DNA from: Phoronis australis
Taxonomy: Eukaryota > Animalia > Phoronida
Length of the DNA: 64,000 bases
Direction: 5' to 3'
NCBI GenBank assembly: GCA_002633005.1
Contig: NMRA01000003.1
Coordinates: 2,344,075-2,408,074, forward strand
This document shows positions 1 through 12,463 of the stretch, in pieces. The notes beneath the pieces were generated by a model. That model did not search any database, was not told where the DNA came from, and saw only the letters and a list, made by a program, of their open reading frames with translations. Both the position numbers and the translations under genes were made by a program. Position 1 is the first letter of the stretch. Every line of letters begins with the position of its first letter.

Positions 1-75
1 CTGCAATACAGACATCACTAATCCCGTTACACTGTGCAAGTAACTCGAGATTTAATTTTAAGCAGATAAACTCAC

Positions 76-135
76 CACTGAGTCTGTTGTATCCTTTACG
101 TTCACAGACTTAACACACAGTTCCACTCCAACTGT
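76..135 (-). CDS. IFT27: IFT27 (RABL4) coding exon 3, [20 protein letters not shown]
   Basis: 60-nt exon bounded by tattgtAG and GTgagt on the minus strand. The translation matches the IFT27 segment after the P-loop (human [20 protein letters not shown]). Positions 1-75 read as a 75-nt intron ending ...tattgcAG at 1-2, so exon 4 would begin just outside the window. Confidence 0.93.
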
Positions 136-321
136 CTACAATACAAGAGTAACTGTTACAAACAAAAATCACTGTAAATTAAAACTATGGCTTAGAAAAT
201 TGGCACCCATTTTTAAAGACATTACCTTGAGAGACAAAAAGCCACAGTACAATTTTACACATTAAAATAAACAGGGGAACAGTGTCCCTTCACAATCATT
301 CTGGACCTGATACTTTGCTTC

Positions 322-601
322 CTATAACTGCCAGTTTCTCGATGTAATTAACAAAAATAATTGCCAACTTTTTTCATTTTTTCAAAGAATTCCAACATTG
401 AATGTCTACAACTTTTCAAAATATTGTCTGTAAAAGGCTATGGTACAGACCTTAGAAATGACAAGTCCTCATTCTAATACAGTAGCAGAATGGTGCTTTG
501 TCATTTTCAAGCTCTTTACCATGTCTATCATTTAAAGAAAATGAGGAAACAAAATTTCACCTGTCCACAGTATTGTGTCACAAATTGGTGAGATTTTACT
601 G
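322..601. mobile_element. Degenerate pogo/Tigger-like MITE (CAGTAAAA family)
   Basis: Right end aaatttcacctgtccacagtattgtgtcacaaattggtgagattttactg matches the right end of the 1369-1600 copy. Left boundary approximate. Confidence 0.6.
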
Positions 602-1190
602 TTAGAACTGTCCACTGGACCCGAATCTTTTTAAAATGTCAGAATTCACATAAATTATATGTTAAGTAACAAATTACAATATTATGCGTAAGAAAACGGA
701 GGGTGATAAAAAGTACTATTTAACAAGATCAGTGCAAAGCCTTGTTATGCATTCACAATACACCACATTACTGCGTTTCTACCGGTGCTCATCAGTTTCA
801 TGTAATATTGCCAACTAACCCCCATGAGATGCACTATTCTTGACGGGGCTTAGGCTTAAATACCACTGGCTAACTAAGCACAAAAGGCTGGATCGTATCG
901 CAATGTGATGCTCCAACTCTGTAAGAGACAACCATGAAACGGTGGTGGTTTCTTGTATTTGTTTTTGCCCACAGAAAGACTCCGCCTTCCTTCATATTCT
1001 TTGCCTAAAAATGTCAACTTTTCCCTTAAAGCAATTTCACTAAAGGCTAACCATACAAAAGTATAACAAAAGTGTCGAAGGGCTGTGGTAAGCAATCACT
1101 TTTTTAATTTGTGCTCTAACAAATGCTTTGATCAGATGTCAGATCCGTAAGCAACACCGAGCAATGCTCAGCCAAGTGTGGGTACATTAC

Positions 1191-1270
1191 CATTGTGTAA
1201 TTCTTTGGAAAATGGGCACCATCACTGTGAAACACCTGCGTTATTGCACTTTTACCAACTGTGGAGTCAC
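1191..1270 (-). CDS. IFT27: IFT27 coding exon 2, (G)[26 protein letters not shown]
   Basis: 80-nt exon with acceptor ttttttcAG and donor ATG|GTaatg. Carries the P-loop GDSTVGKS and the IFT27-typical FxSDGAHF motif. Splice phase fits exons 1 and 3. Confidence 0.95.
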
Positions 1271-1368
1271 CTGAAAAAATTACCAGCAAACGATCAAAAG
1301 CTAATTTATGTCATGCGTTGGTTTTGAACGAAATAAAAATCAAAAGAGTAATAAGAAGTATAAGGATA

Positions 1369-1600
1369 CAGTAAAATATCAATTTCAGACAAAAAATTCC
1401 AAAGCTGGTCAATCAGTTTCCATTTTTTCAAATTTTAAAGCTTCAAAAATTATTGTGAATGCTTACAGCTTCTCAAAAGATTGTTTGATACTAGCTGTAG
1501 AATAGAACTTAATCATGCTCAAAGCAATTATTTGATGAAAATGAAAAAATAAATTTCACTTGTCCACCATATTGTGTCCAAAACTGGTGAGATATTACTG
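1369..1600. mobile_element. pogo/Tigger-like MITE, TA-flanked
   Basis: TA|CAGTAAAATATC...GAGATATTACTG|TA imperfect TIRs. Related copies at ~322-601, ~22233-22430 (inverted), ~22846-23068 and ~54418-54600, and a fragment near 26965-27100. Confidence 0.7.
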
Positions 1601-2637
1601 TAACCAAAGACAACATGGATATTCTTGCAATCTATGGTGCAACAATGGTCCACAGTCATTAAACTCAAGACAACATAGACTAGTGTCTCTCACAAAATGC
1701 TGGAATACATATTCAGTGGTTGAAAACATCTAGACACCTTAAGTTAATGCTAACAGTGTTCATCATCTGAATTCGGATCATTAACTGTTCGCAACATTTT
1801 GTATGTTGACGCATATCATCATTAAACAAATTACCAACAGAATAACGACAGAACGACAATTTATTTAGCACCAGTAGCTAATAATAGTTTACTCCAGGAA
1901 CAGTTTAGTTTTAAATAACTTTATTTTTATTCTAGTATTTTACCCACAGTAGTCCAAAGCTGTATATTTATATCAAGACTAAGCCAATGTAGCCAGCTAG
2001 CTAACATACCCTGCTTTCTCAGTTTGCCACAACTCAATTTGTATTTCTTATACACAAGGAAACGTGCACCAAAATCTAGCGCGTCCAACCATGTGTAAGT
2101 TTTGCAACTAATGACACTAAAATTACACCTACCGGGTCTGTTACAGCTGTTTAAAAGAAAGACAACCTGATGAACGTCATTTTGTTACATCACTCTCCTG
2201 ATTTTGTAATGTAATGCTAAATTGTTGCGAGAGACCGTCCGGAGTTGGCATATGGGGCAACTCCAGACGGACAGTCTAGGCTCAAGAGAAAATCCAAGGT
2301 CTTTTCGGCCGATTACATTTTATTGCCCGTGAAGCTGACGGTTAGATGATAAGAGCTGCCTGAAGAAATATGCCTTGCACGTTTACATTTTCGCCCTTTT
2401 CAGTGACATGTAAAAGTTTATGAATTAAATTCCTGGTAAAAATCACACAAGCGTACTTTTTTCGCTAATATCGATGAAGTTTTGGGCCACATCTTTCAAA
2501 TTCAGTCCGAGCCAGGCCGGCAGATTGGAGAATTGTCACAAAAGATAACTACGCCGTTATACTATTTTCATGTTATAATATCGCAAATATGAGAAAACAC
2601 AGTAGTTTAGCAGCAAAACTGTAAATTTAATGAATTA

Positions 2638-4067
2638 CCATATTCGCCATAATAAGTGCCCAGGCATTTAGAAAAATTCGTTTCAGGGGGGCTTATTGTA
2701 ACCTAAGGCGCGGTTGAAACCCCGTCTCCGAAACGGGGGAAATCAGAAGCTAGGATTCATCAGATTTGCGCTTTTGTCATGTACTTACAACCTATGGCAG
2801 ACGTTCTACAAAACTGGGGAGCATTGCTATCAACCTTCATTGTTAAATTAACTTGCCAATGTGCCACTGCTTCGCATTCCTCGATATACGACCGTAGCAA
2901 CTTGAATAAAAATACAATTCCCTGTGGAGTCGGGATTAACAGCAAGTCAAGTCCAAATCTGCCAACATTGTACGCCGCAACACGAGAAAAATCTCTAGAT
3001 GAACACATGTTGTGCTTACGTGACGTTTGTTTTAAAAGTTGTCTGCGTGTGTGTGAGTGAGCAAGCGCGTGTTCGTTTGCCAGAGTAAACGCAATGCAAC
3101 GATCTAGGTATTCATTTAACTAAAGAAATTAACATAAGCAGTAAAGCACAACGTGTTTTATTTAGCACTTGCTTGTCTCATCTACTATTAAAATGTTTGA
3201 GATTATCTCGGTAAGACCGAATATAGTAATGACACTGTCTTGCCGGGTGTCTGGATGCGTGACGGTCCGACATGTATTTAAGTTCCGGGAGATTCGGGTG
3301 TAAGGGTACGGAGGTGTTCACTATCAGTAGGTCATTTTATCAGATATTTTACTTTAAAAACACCAGTTATGACTAATTAAATAATTCCTCTTAAAATAAC
3401 GCTAAATTTTTTACGGTATTAGAAACTTTCGAAACTTTGAACCAATATTTATTTCTAGCTGATGCTACGCTACCTGTTGTTTCATGAATTGATGATTCCT
3501 GAGGACTAATGTCGGCAATGACAGGTATGTAGCACGTGCTTCCTGGCCACGTACTTTTAACACCAAATTTTTTTATTTGTGAGACAGTCGTCAGCTGACT
3601 GGCACGCTTCGATTAGCAGTCTTCAAGTGTACTAAGAAATTTGGAATCCTGTTAAGATTAACAAAACAATTCTTCTTAAAGATAAAGCAAGCTTTTGTAT
3701 GTTCAATCCCATTGACAAACACACTGTGTCTGTTCTGAAAGGTCAGACCATAGTAGTGGGACACGTTCCTCCCGAGATCAGCAAAACTTGTGTTCTTTTT
3801 GAAGCACAGCGGAAGTTTCAAGAGTATAGTCATGGCTAAATACCGACATAGCATTGAGGCTGGTGGTCTAGAAATTCCGCGCACAATGATTTTTTCAGGA
3901 CTGCCGAGTCTGGTTGATAAATTAAAGACATTATTGTAGAATTTTAGGACAGTAGTTAAGTCATTTTTTGCATGCACACATTCATAGGCTGGGTGCTTAT
4001 TTTAGTAAAGTCTGAAAACCTGTGGGGGAATTTATAGGGGCATGGGCACTTATTAGGGCGAATAAGG
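2638..4067. mobile_element. Non-autonomous Tc2/pogo-like DNA transposon (~1.43 kb), copy A
   Basis: TA flanks. TIRs CCATATTCGCCATAATAAGTGCCC and reverse complement CCTTATTCGCCCTAATAAGTGCCC. Body aligns by eye, inverted, with 34887-36366. Confidence 0.85.
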
Positions 4068-5059
4068 TACGTGTAAAATGTACATGAACCTAACTCGTGC
4101 AACGAAGTGAGTAGTTAATCTTTCCGGTACAGCAACTGAGAATGGCCATGTAGTTTTTTCACTGACAACTGAAATATAAGCTGTTTCAAAATGAAAACTG
4201 GGAAAAAAGTACAGGGTGTACATAACTGTTCTCCATTTTTAGTATTGATCATTATGAACACAGCTCTAAAATGGTGCATCATGGTTGGGCACAAGGCATT
4301 GAAACTTAAGTCTCCTCAAATAAGTTGACAGTCGGATGGTTTATAAGAGCGATATTCTTAATTTCTCCTGTGAGTCTGCACCAATGTGATAAACAAGAGT
4401 AGGTAGTTCTGTTTGCTGTGTCAGTTGTAGGTAACATTATCACTGTTATGACCTCATAACACGTGACTAGACAAAGCCTTTTCAAATTAGTGTAGACAGA
4501 CCAGTGGAGCATGAGACCCTTGAGGTCCCTGTCAAGTCCTGACGACAATTCCACGTTGTGATTAAGACAAACCAGACATTGATTTCAAAACAGTACGCTT
4601 GCCACACATGCACATTTTGGTTTGGCAAAGTGGCATCTGTTATTGTAGGTGACAACAACTTCGCCGAAGCAAAATTTCCTTAGAATTTTGACTTGCTGGT
4701 AACAAAGTACTCAAAACTACCGTACTAACAAAGTTAAACTGTTTCTAATAATTTGTTGACAACTGTGCTCAATCTTGTGAAAAAAGATCAGCGAACTGAA
4801 AAAAAGATTGGCCAGCAGATAGCGCTCAATTTCATGGCATTCAAAGTCGATGCCTGATCACTCAACAGTTGAAGAATAACAGATTAACGGCATCTACATA
4901 CCAGAAATGAAATTACTTTATTCAACGAAGAGTGTAGTTCTTAATAAAATCAACTTTGTGAAATATTTTATTTTGCTTACTTTTTTATCCAGATTTTTCC
5001 AAAGCTATATATTTATACATGTTTGCACCAAGTTTACTGACATCTGGCTGGCTGGTAGC

Positions 5060-5440
5060 ATAGACTATAGTACATGGACCGCCAACTCCGTATACTTTCA
5101 ATGGATGAAATCTGTATTCTTACATACAAGCCGTTATGTTTATTCACTAACAACACCTGGCCAAATTATCTGGTGTTATTTCCGACAAGTATGTCGTCTG
5201 CTCATCATGGTCAGCTCTTGTGTGGTTGGGTGGTAGTAACATTGCTAAAAGTACTCACAGATACCAACAGTGATCTACTATTGGAAGACTTTGAACAGCA
5301 TTTCAATGCCAAAATTGTTTGTGAGAATTTCCCTTCACAATACACTAACCGGAAACTAAAACAGATAATTTAGGAGAGTGGCACCTCCTCTAGGATAGTA
5401 CACAAGAAAAAGTTGGAGTTGCGAATCTGTTGTCTATAAT
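5060..5440. repeat. Old dispersed repeat (second copy ~24195-24450)
   Basis: Shared blocks atggacYgccaactcYgtata, caagtatgt, gagagtggcRcctYct and gagttgcRaatct occur in the same order in both copies. Confidence 0.55.
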
Positions 5441-5449
5441 CTATGCTGG

Positions 5450-5811
5450 TAGTCAGTGACCACCGTCTCTGACTCTAGCTGGCCCAGTAGACGGTGAAGC
5501 TGAGGCAGGTGGTATTACACCATATCTCCTAGCATATGCAGTGTAAAAATGATGAGTTACCGATTTTGGGACTGGTCGAAGAAAAAGTTTAATAAAAAGA
5601 GTAATTCTTTGAGTTGGAAGGAATTATAAGTCATTGAGGGCCTCCTGGCTAAGGTATCCCTCTATCCGCAAAAGATATAATTTATAACAGCGTGACTTTG
5701 ATGTTTTAGTCAGTGTGAGGCATAATTCGTCGAAAAGCTTCCGGCATATGAAGCTACCCTAGGAGCTCCACCGTCTCCACTGGGCCAGCTAGAGACGGTG
5801 ACCACAGTCTA
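5450..5811. mobile_element. TAG...CTA-terminated MITE with ~50-bp TIRs (Academ-like termini)
   Basis: Left TAGTCAGTGACCACCGTCTCT..AGCTGGCCCAGTAGACGGTGAAGCT versus right-end reverse complement TAGACTGTGGTCACCGTCTCTAGCTGGCCCAGTGGAGACGGTGGAGCT. No clean TSD seen, so the superfamily is tentative. Confidence 0.7.
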
Positions 5812-5998
5812 GGTGGCTGGCTGACAGCCAGTGCAGTGGCAGTGAGACCGAGACTGAGAGAAAGGCATCAGTTGCCAGGCAAGGCAATTTGGCACTGAAA
5901 CATTGAGAATTTGGAGAAGGGTGAAAATGACACAAGTCTAATATTATCGGAAAGTTGTATAACACTTAAATCTAGACTTTTATGCAAACTGAACTAAC

Positions 5999-6035
5999 CC
6001 ACAACGATGCACTTTGCCCTCAAAACAGTCGGCAT
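5999..6035 (-). CDS. IFT27: IFT27 coding exon 1, [12 protein letters not shown](G)
   Basis: ATG at 6035, 37 nt, donor G|GTtagt. LRAKCIVVG matches the IFT27 N-terminus (human LAAKCILAG) and splices in phase 1 to exon 2. Confidence 0.93.
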
Positions 6036-6295
6036 TCTTGTTTTAACAGACAGCAAAAATGTCAGGTCGCGCAGCAACTGCAATGCCAAAATTTCATTGG
6101 ATAACTGATAACTTCCGTTAAAAAGACCTAATCGAAACAGCTTAGATGAAGTAAAAACAAAAAATTAAAAGCGATGAAATATAAAAAACAAACTACATGT
6201 ATAATATTAAATCACACTTAGAACACTTAGAGATAAATATTTTCAGAAAAATACCATTATAACTTATTCGTGTAAATACTTGCAGTGGAACAAAA
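6036..6295. promoter_or_regulatory. Compact bidirectional promoter with candidate RFX X-box
   Basis: 260 bp between divergent ATGs. Contains X-box-like GTCGCGCAGCAAC (6066-6078) and ETS-like ACTTCCG (6111-6117), with YY1-like AAAATGGC overlapping the + strand ATG. Confidence 0.55.
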
Positions 6296-6307
6296 ATGGC
6301 CGATTCG
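6296..6307 (+). CDS. Candidate first coding micro-exon (MADS) of an unidentified divergent gene
   Basis: caaaaATGGCCGATTCG|GTGAGT: strong Kozak-like context followed directly by a consensus donor, head-to-head with IFT27. Confidence 0.6.
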
Positions 6308-8388
6308 GTGAGTCGCATGTTTTGAATTGTTTTGGTATTTTCCCCTAAGATAAGTGACGAATACTTTCCTGTTACATCACACTAACGCATGGTTTTACGT
6401 ATGCATTTTAATGTATTTTTCGTCACTTTAGTGATATTGATTTCTATCGCTAAAAACGTAACAAAAAATTCGGCAGATAAATCTTCCCAAACTTAACCGA
6501 AGTTGAAAGAAGACTCTCCCCCAGTTTGAGTGTCTTCTCAACAACAGAGCATCCAAGGAACATTCTGGAATTTGCCTAACTACCTGGACTCTATTTTCAT
6601 CTGTGTTTTGGTGATTGTAATTGGAAATGCAAGCACTAACATGATATTACAAGATGACAGCTGATGACGTAAACTTCTGTTCAACATTTAATTGTAAAAG
6701 TGTAACTTTAAACTGTTTACACGTGACTAACTTAAAAAATATTGTTTTCATTTTAAACTAAAAATTTTTCCGTTAGAACTGCTCATATTGTGTGGGCATG
6801 TGGATAAATTGCTACTAAGATGAACAAAAATTAATAACACACTTCTGAGTTATAATTCCTGACATGTGATATATGTAAACATTGACACGACCATATAAGG
6901 AAGTGACTTGAGATGAACCATAACAGTCATAATTATGGACAGGACAACTACATAAAAGGATTTTCTATGTCAATTGGTTTTTGTTCTTTTCTTGTGTGTG
7001 ATTGAGTTTTGTGTTTTTGGAAATTACCAATTTAATATTAACTATTTTTGATGAGACTTAGAACCTTATGGGTGTTTCTGAATGACGAACAAGCAACAGT
7101 GTGGCTGTCAATTTCGAACAAAAATCTTTTTTGCATTTCTTTGGTTGCATTGTATTTAACACTAAATAACGTTAAGCTAGGATCCTCGGAGAAATACAAA
7201 TCTTATTGCGGCCATTTAGTGCTGCATTTCTCCCTGTTTATCTCTCTCAAAACGAAAATCAAATCTGGCCTTTTACTCATTCTGCGGGATGGAGGCTCAG
7301 GGACATTGTCAGATCTTACAACCGAGAGACTTTTAAACTTTGGTTGATTAGTTCGTTTTCATTACATTTGACACACATGGTTGCGTGACATGTAAATTCT
7401 TTTGTCCCTTTTTACATGAACTGCAATTAATGCAGAAAGATCTGGCTTGAAATTATAACAAAATCTATATAAGCCATGTTCAGGTGTTAAAAGCACCGAC
7501 TTTTAATACATGTGTAGTTGTTGGTCCAAAGCAATCATCGCGTTCTAAGTCTTTGTTGGAATTGGGGTCTTACACATTTATTTTCGCTGCATGGGTCGTT
7601 CCAGTCATTTTTCACTTTTACTATGGACTTATGGATCATGGTTGTTTATTGTTCATTTTTCTCAAATTACATATATATGTATTACTATCAGTTGTCAAAA
7701 AGTGGTGTAACTGACTTTTGAAAGCCTTAGCACCCATATTTTGTTAATTTACTGCTGAAATGTTTGACTCCGTTGACTGGCGAACAAGTACTTATTAATT
7801 GGCATTTGTGAAATTTGTAGGAACTTACATGTGTGGATGAAATCTGAAGTCAACTAAGCTTCAGTTTATGTCCTTTTCACATATATCTGTAGTTAAGAGG
7901 AAATCTTACCATACGTCTGTTTAATGTCAAGTTCTACTAAAATTCCAACTGTTGATTTATAAAGGATTCATAAACTGGGAGTCTAAATTTTCCAAAAATT
8001 TCAACCCGAACACACCTTGTTCCTGCCAATACTGGCTGTGTGTTAGTACTGCGACCGTGACGTCATGTAATGGATTATCCACTCATCTATGATACAGTGT
8101 AAAAACATAGTATTAAACTTTCAATCACTTCAAAATGGTCTTATACATTCCAAATTCGAAATTATTTTCCATATCAAATAACAAACATGAATATGCAAAA
8201 ATATAGCTCAGTATGTATTGGTTTAATGGTTGAGATGGGTTTCGTGGCTGATTTTACAACCCTGGCCAATTTTTCAGTCACTGTCTGCCTTCATACGCAT
8301 CAGGTTATCAATACCAGTGACTTTGATAGGCCACATGCCTCTCATTTTCAGAAAAAGGGGCAATAATGATAATAGCGATGGTGCAGAG

Positions 8389-8857
8389 CAGGCCTTTATG
8401 CAAATGGTGCCTTAGCACTAATATGGACGCCCTGGCAAGAACGCCCAACCTATCATTTGGACGCCCACTATCAATAGGAACCTTTCAAATTTGTACACAC
8501 ACTTTGTAATGATTACTAGGAAGCCTATGAAGACTCACAGGGTGACTCTTTTTTCAAAGCAGGAAGAAATGTACAATGTATATACAAAGTATATACAGTG
8601 TTGCTATGCTCACCTTTGTTTGATAGCATTGTAAAAGTCTTGGTCTACACAATTCTTTTTAGTAAAAATGCTCACTACTGAAGGCTGTTTTGTAAACTTA
8701 GATGTAAAAACCTTGGTCTATGCATTTTCGTAAAAAAATCTATGTGTTTGGGGGAATTGCTGGAGGAGGGGGATTATGCGTCGGAATCATGGACGCCCTG
8801 GAATATTGGGAACCCCATTTTGGACACCCTATTTTTGAAATCCTGGATAAAAGCCTA
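8389..8857. mobile_element. hAT-superfamily MITE
   Basis: Perfect 8-bp TSD GTGCAGAG (8381-8388 and 8858-8865). TIRs CAGGCCTTTATGCA and TAGGCTTTTATCCA. Subterminal GGACGCCC repeats. Confidence 0.88.
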
Positions 8858-8920
8858 GTGCAGAGACATGTGTAAATTGCTTGCAGTGCATATAAAAGCC
8901 TTTGTAGAATACCAATTGAG

Positions 8921-9115
8921 GAGACATTGTGGCCTAGTGGCTTGAATCCCACTGGACCCTACTGCTAGACCATTGAGTCTGGTCTGTTCATCCTCTGCTC
9001 GGTCTCAATTTGTGTATTATGGCTGTGTATGTGAAGTGAAAAGTGGATTCAGGTGTTTGGTGCAAAGGGCCCGACTGAGTGGCCTACGGGCATCAGATCA
9101 CCTACAGTATTTTTT
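8921..9115 (+). mobile_element. tRNA-derived SINE, degenerate copy with a deletion between the A and B boxes
   Basis: A-box-like TGGCCTAGTGG. Shares actgctagaccMttgagtc, ctcgg and catcag..acctaca with the 53244-53458 copy. Confidence 0.6.
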
Positions 9116-9175
9116 CACACCAATGAACAATGTATGTTTGAATGGCATTGGAAATCCTCCGGGGCAGGGGGGAAG

Positions 9176-9460
9176 AAGCCTATATATAGACATGTTTGAA
9201 ACAGTATGTAGAAACGCTCGAGTTCAAAAAAATTGCATGGAATGATACTAGTGATGTCCATGTCGAGTAAGTCCAAAAAGTCTAAAATAGAGATGAACTT
9301 TTCAGCATATGTATCCTGATTTCCTATGAAGTAGACAATCTGAATTGTCTTGGTCAGCGAGTCGCATTTTTATCATGGTCATATATGGACTTGACTTTCG
9401 AGCCTATGTTTTCTCTTACTGTAATGTTGTGCACAGCATTTTTATGGTCGATGTTTAGGC
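9176..9460. mobile_element. Terminal fragment of the element family that ends at 17293
   Basis: Aligns, inverted, with ~17000-17293 (agacatgtttSaaacagtat, taagtccaaaaa, cgagtcgcattttta, cgagcctWtgttttctct). Confidence 0.65.
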
Positions 9461-9701
9461 GCAGTGTATTTTAAAATTCAAGTTGGTACATCCATTGTTG
9501 TAGAAGCTGCATAATATGAGTCCATGGTTTGACTTTCATCCACGGTCATGAACAATTATTTAATAGCTAGAGTAAACAATCCAGTTCACATGATTTCTTT
9601 GTAAAAGACGGGAGAGTAAGGCCTGTTAAAACCAACAGATATAGAAAAATATCAACAGGATTGTCAAAAGTTTGCAACTATACCTTTCTCAATGTATTCA
9701 G

Positions 9702-9788
9702 GGTTGTCACAAATTCGTCTTTCATGATGAGAACCAACTATTCTCAAATTTGGATCGAATTGTAAGAACTAAGATGCCGATATTGATG
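9702..9788 (+). CDS. Candidate exon 2 of the divergent gene, GCHKFVFHDENQLFSNLDRIVRTKMPILM
   Basis: Acceptor cctttctcaatgtattcAG, donor ATG|GTaaaa. 87 nt, open in the phase-0 frame required by the MADS exon; the other two frames contain stops. No homologue recognised. Confidence 0.4.
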
Positions 9789-11955
9789 GTAAAAATCTGG
9801 TACTTTGAAAGGTCTACCATATTTGCATTTTGTTAATGGAGGCGCATTATCACTATGATCCGGACCAGGAAATGAATCATCTGTGGGATCAATATCTGCG
9901 TCAACGTCAGAATGTGGAACATCTCTCAGTTTGTAAAATGATCCTTAATAGTCTGTTTAGGCCTTTCCGGGATAGACGATTTGACTGTTGAATGCTCATG
10001 TCGATCCATAAGATAAGACAGAGATGACATCGGCTGTAGCCCCCCCCCCGAAATTCAAATATCGAGCACTGCTACTGCCAAACTAAATAGTTATGAATGG
10101 CATTGGGAATTTTTCACAAGGGGAATGTCATAGGTGTTAGATCAGTCTACGAAACTCCTTATAAGATGATGAGATAAGCTCAATTTCGATTGGCCGATGG
10201 TGTGAGAAATGCACCAACAGCAACGAATAGTATTTGTCTTATTAAGGAATGTACAAGCTACAACCAATTTCTGTTCAGAGGTTTGTTGACATTTCTTACA
10301 GTGCTGCCTGTAGGTCTGACCAGCGTCGCGGTCCGCACGGAATATTTACAAATTTCTTTTTTCTGCAATGGCTGATGGCCGATCTGTTAGTGGCTGCTGA
10401 CCAGCCGATAGAATTAAGGAATATGACGACGTTTTATTTTTTGCATCTGCTCTTCCTGCCAAACCTTTCCAAGACAAATTCTGATAATCCAAAAACAGGC
10501 AAGATAGTTGCTGTGTAGACCACTGATTCATCCTCACTGTAGTGATGTTGTCAGTCGCACAATACTTTTANGGGCGGCTTAGCCCTGAAAAAGTGGGAGG
10601 CTATAGCCCTACCCTATGCCCCTATGGTGCGCTGTCCATGACAAACCGATGCCATTTTTGTGCAACTTTCACGTATTTAGGAAATTTAACACTAAGATGT
10701 TCACAGTCAAGTTGTTGTTACCACAGTTTCCACAAACGCACCTTTTCACAACTCCTCAGTATCGCACTGGTAAAACAACAACGGCTGAGGCGGTCTTCCA
10801 CCCATTGCGTACAAACTCCATAACAGAAAAATGTATTTTTAAAATTTTAGATTGTTTCGTAGCAACAGGTGTATTAAAGGCTATTAAATCTGTTAAGATA
10901 TAATAATAAAATTCCTTTTTGAGACACAGGGTCATGGTGGGAACTCTTTAATGCTTAAAATCTTTGTACTAGATTTGGACAGTCGTCCAGTCATCGCTCT
11001 ACACCACGGACATTGAGAACTTATTTCAACTTTCATATTCCTTCTACTGAAGTTTAATCAGTACCATCACCTCTACACCAGAACTACTCGAGACACAACA
11101 CGTTTCTTTCAGGACATTCCGTATTCGTAACAAAGCATTTGTATTGATGGTAGAAGTGTTGTAAATGAACAATGATTTATCAGAGATACTCACTCCCAAC
11201 CCCCCCCCCCCCCCCNCCCCCCCCCCCGTCTCACTTTTTGTTCTTTGGACTTTCAAACGTTAGGGAAGTGAGCTGCTAGTCCGCCTGATTGGCTTAGTGT
11301 GACACTGTTGACATGTATTAACATGACACATACCATGTCTTCAGAGCAGACTGTCACCAAGACAGTGCAGCGCCTGGCTGGTGTGGGAGTCAGATAGTAC
11401 ATGCTAGTGTTGGTATGTATGTAATTGATTGGTTTTATTCACTTTTATGAGTTTCCCCAAACACATCTCATTGTGACATATTATTTCCAACTTAGTATCT
11501 GGAGCCATCTCGATTAGTTGTATACAGGACAGTCTTCTGGGATTGCGGTCTGTTTGCAGAACAAAAGATGGCTCTGCTCTACACATTCTGCTTTTGCTTT
11601 CTTGTCAAACAAAAGGTGGTGTTAGTGTGCATTACATGTTTCTGGAAACTTAACAGTTAATTAAGTGCACTGTAGATGATAAATGGGAAGATATTTTTTA
11701 CCAACAATCATTGCTTTGTGTTCATGTGACACCTTCATAAACAGTGATCAAGTGTAACTAGTTCTCTGATTGACGAACCGCAGAGTGTCGCCCACCTGAG
11801 CTGGTTATTAATTTAATTATTTTTTAGCGTGGAAGTAACCATCTAAGATAAATGAACATAAAATCTGATCTTTGAAGTGCTGCTCATGGCGATAAAGAAA
11901 AATTTGTTGTGGCTTATCATTGTAACAGCTTTGTCATTATATGATAAATGTAACC

Positions 11956-12152
11956 GGGTTAGAATTTAAATTTATATCTCATAAGCTTGTTCTTGTTTCT
12001 AACTTTTGAAACTTGAAACAAAGTCAAGAAATTGAAAGCTTTTCATTGGTTTCATGTAAACTTAAAACACATTGTTAAGCGTGAGTCTGCTTCTCGTTTC
12101 AAAGCCTACGAACAAAATTGGAAAAGAACTTAACTTGTGCAAAATTAAAACC
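11956..12152. mobile_element. Short MITE (GGGTTAGAATTTA...AAAACC), related to 32889-33103
   Basis: Shared ttctaacWtttgaaacttgaaacaaa and gcttctYgtttcaaa..cctac blocks, plus terminal inverted motifs. Confidence 0.6.
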
Positions 12153-12463
12153 TTGTGAAAGTTAATTAGGCATGTTCCAGTCATTATCACCTGGTGGTCA
12201 CACCTATGTCTTTGTTCTAACAAATGTTTCGTTAACTGATCCAGGCGCTTAACTTGTGCGATAATATTGGCAGCATTAACTAAGTGTTCTGTGCTGTGTT
12301 TTACATGTACAGTAGGCGTCAAAATCAGAGGTCTAATGACTTTCAAATTTCTTAAGTAAAACGTGACCTAATGAAAATTAAGATTCACAATTAAAGCATA
12401 TTTTAACTAAATTTATTTTTTCTATTATAATAATTTGTGCACATGTCCCCTGCTTGTGGTTTA

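Noticed and set aside
771-800. Minus-strand CTGATGAG...GAAAC resembling a hammerhead ribozyme core
   Set aside because: Stem II lacks the closing G-C pair, and I could not build stems I and III or a cleavage triplet.
2235-2278. 13-bp hairpin CCGTCCGGAGTTG / CAACTCCAGACGG as a structured RNA
   Set aside because: It ends in agacgg..acagtcta like the terminus of the 5450-5811 MITE, so it is better explained as a transposon end remnant.
3591-3977. 128-aa ORF as a host gene
   Set aside because: Lies inside a Tc2-like non-autonomous element, has no recognisable domain, and is not preserved as the same ORF in copy B.
6866-7320. Possible solo LTR (TGTGAT...CTTACA)
   Set aside because: No target-site duplication and no second copy in the window.
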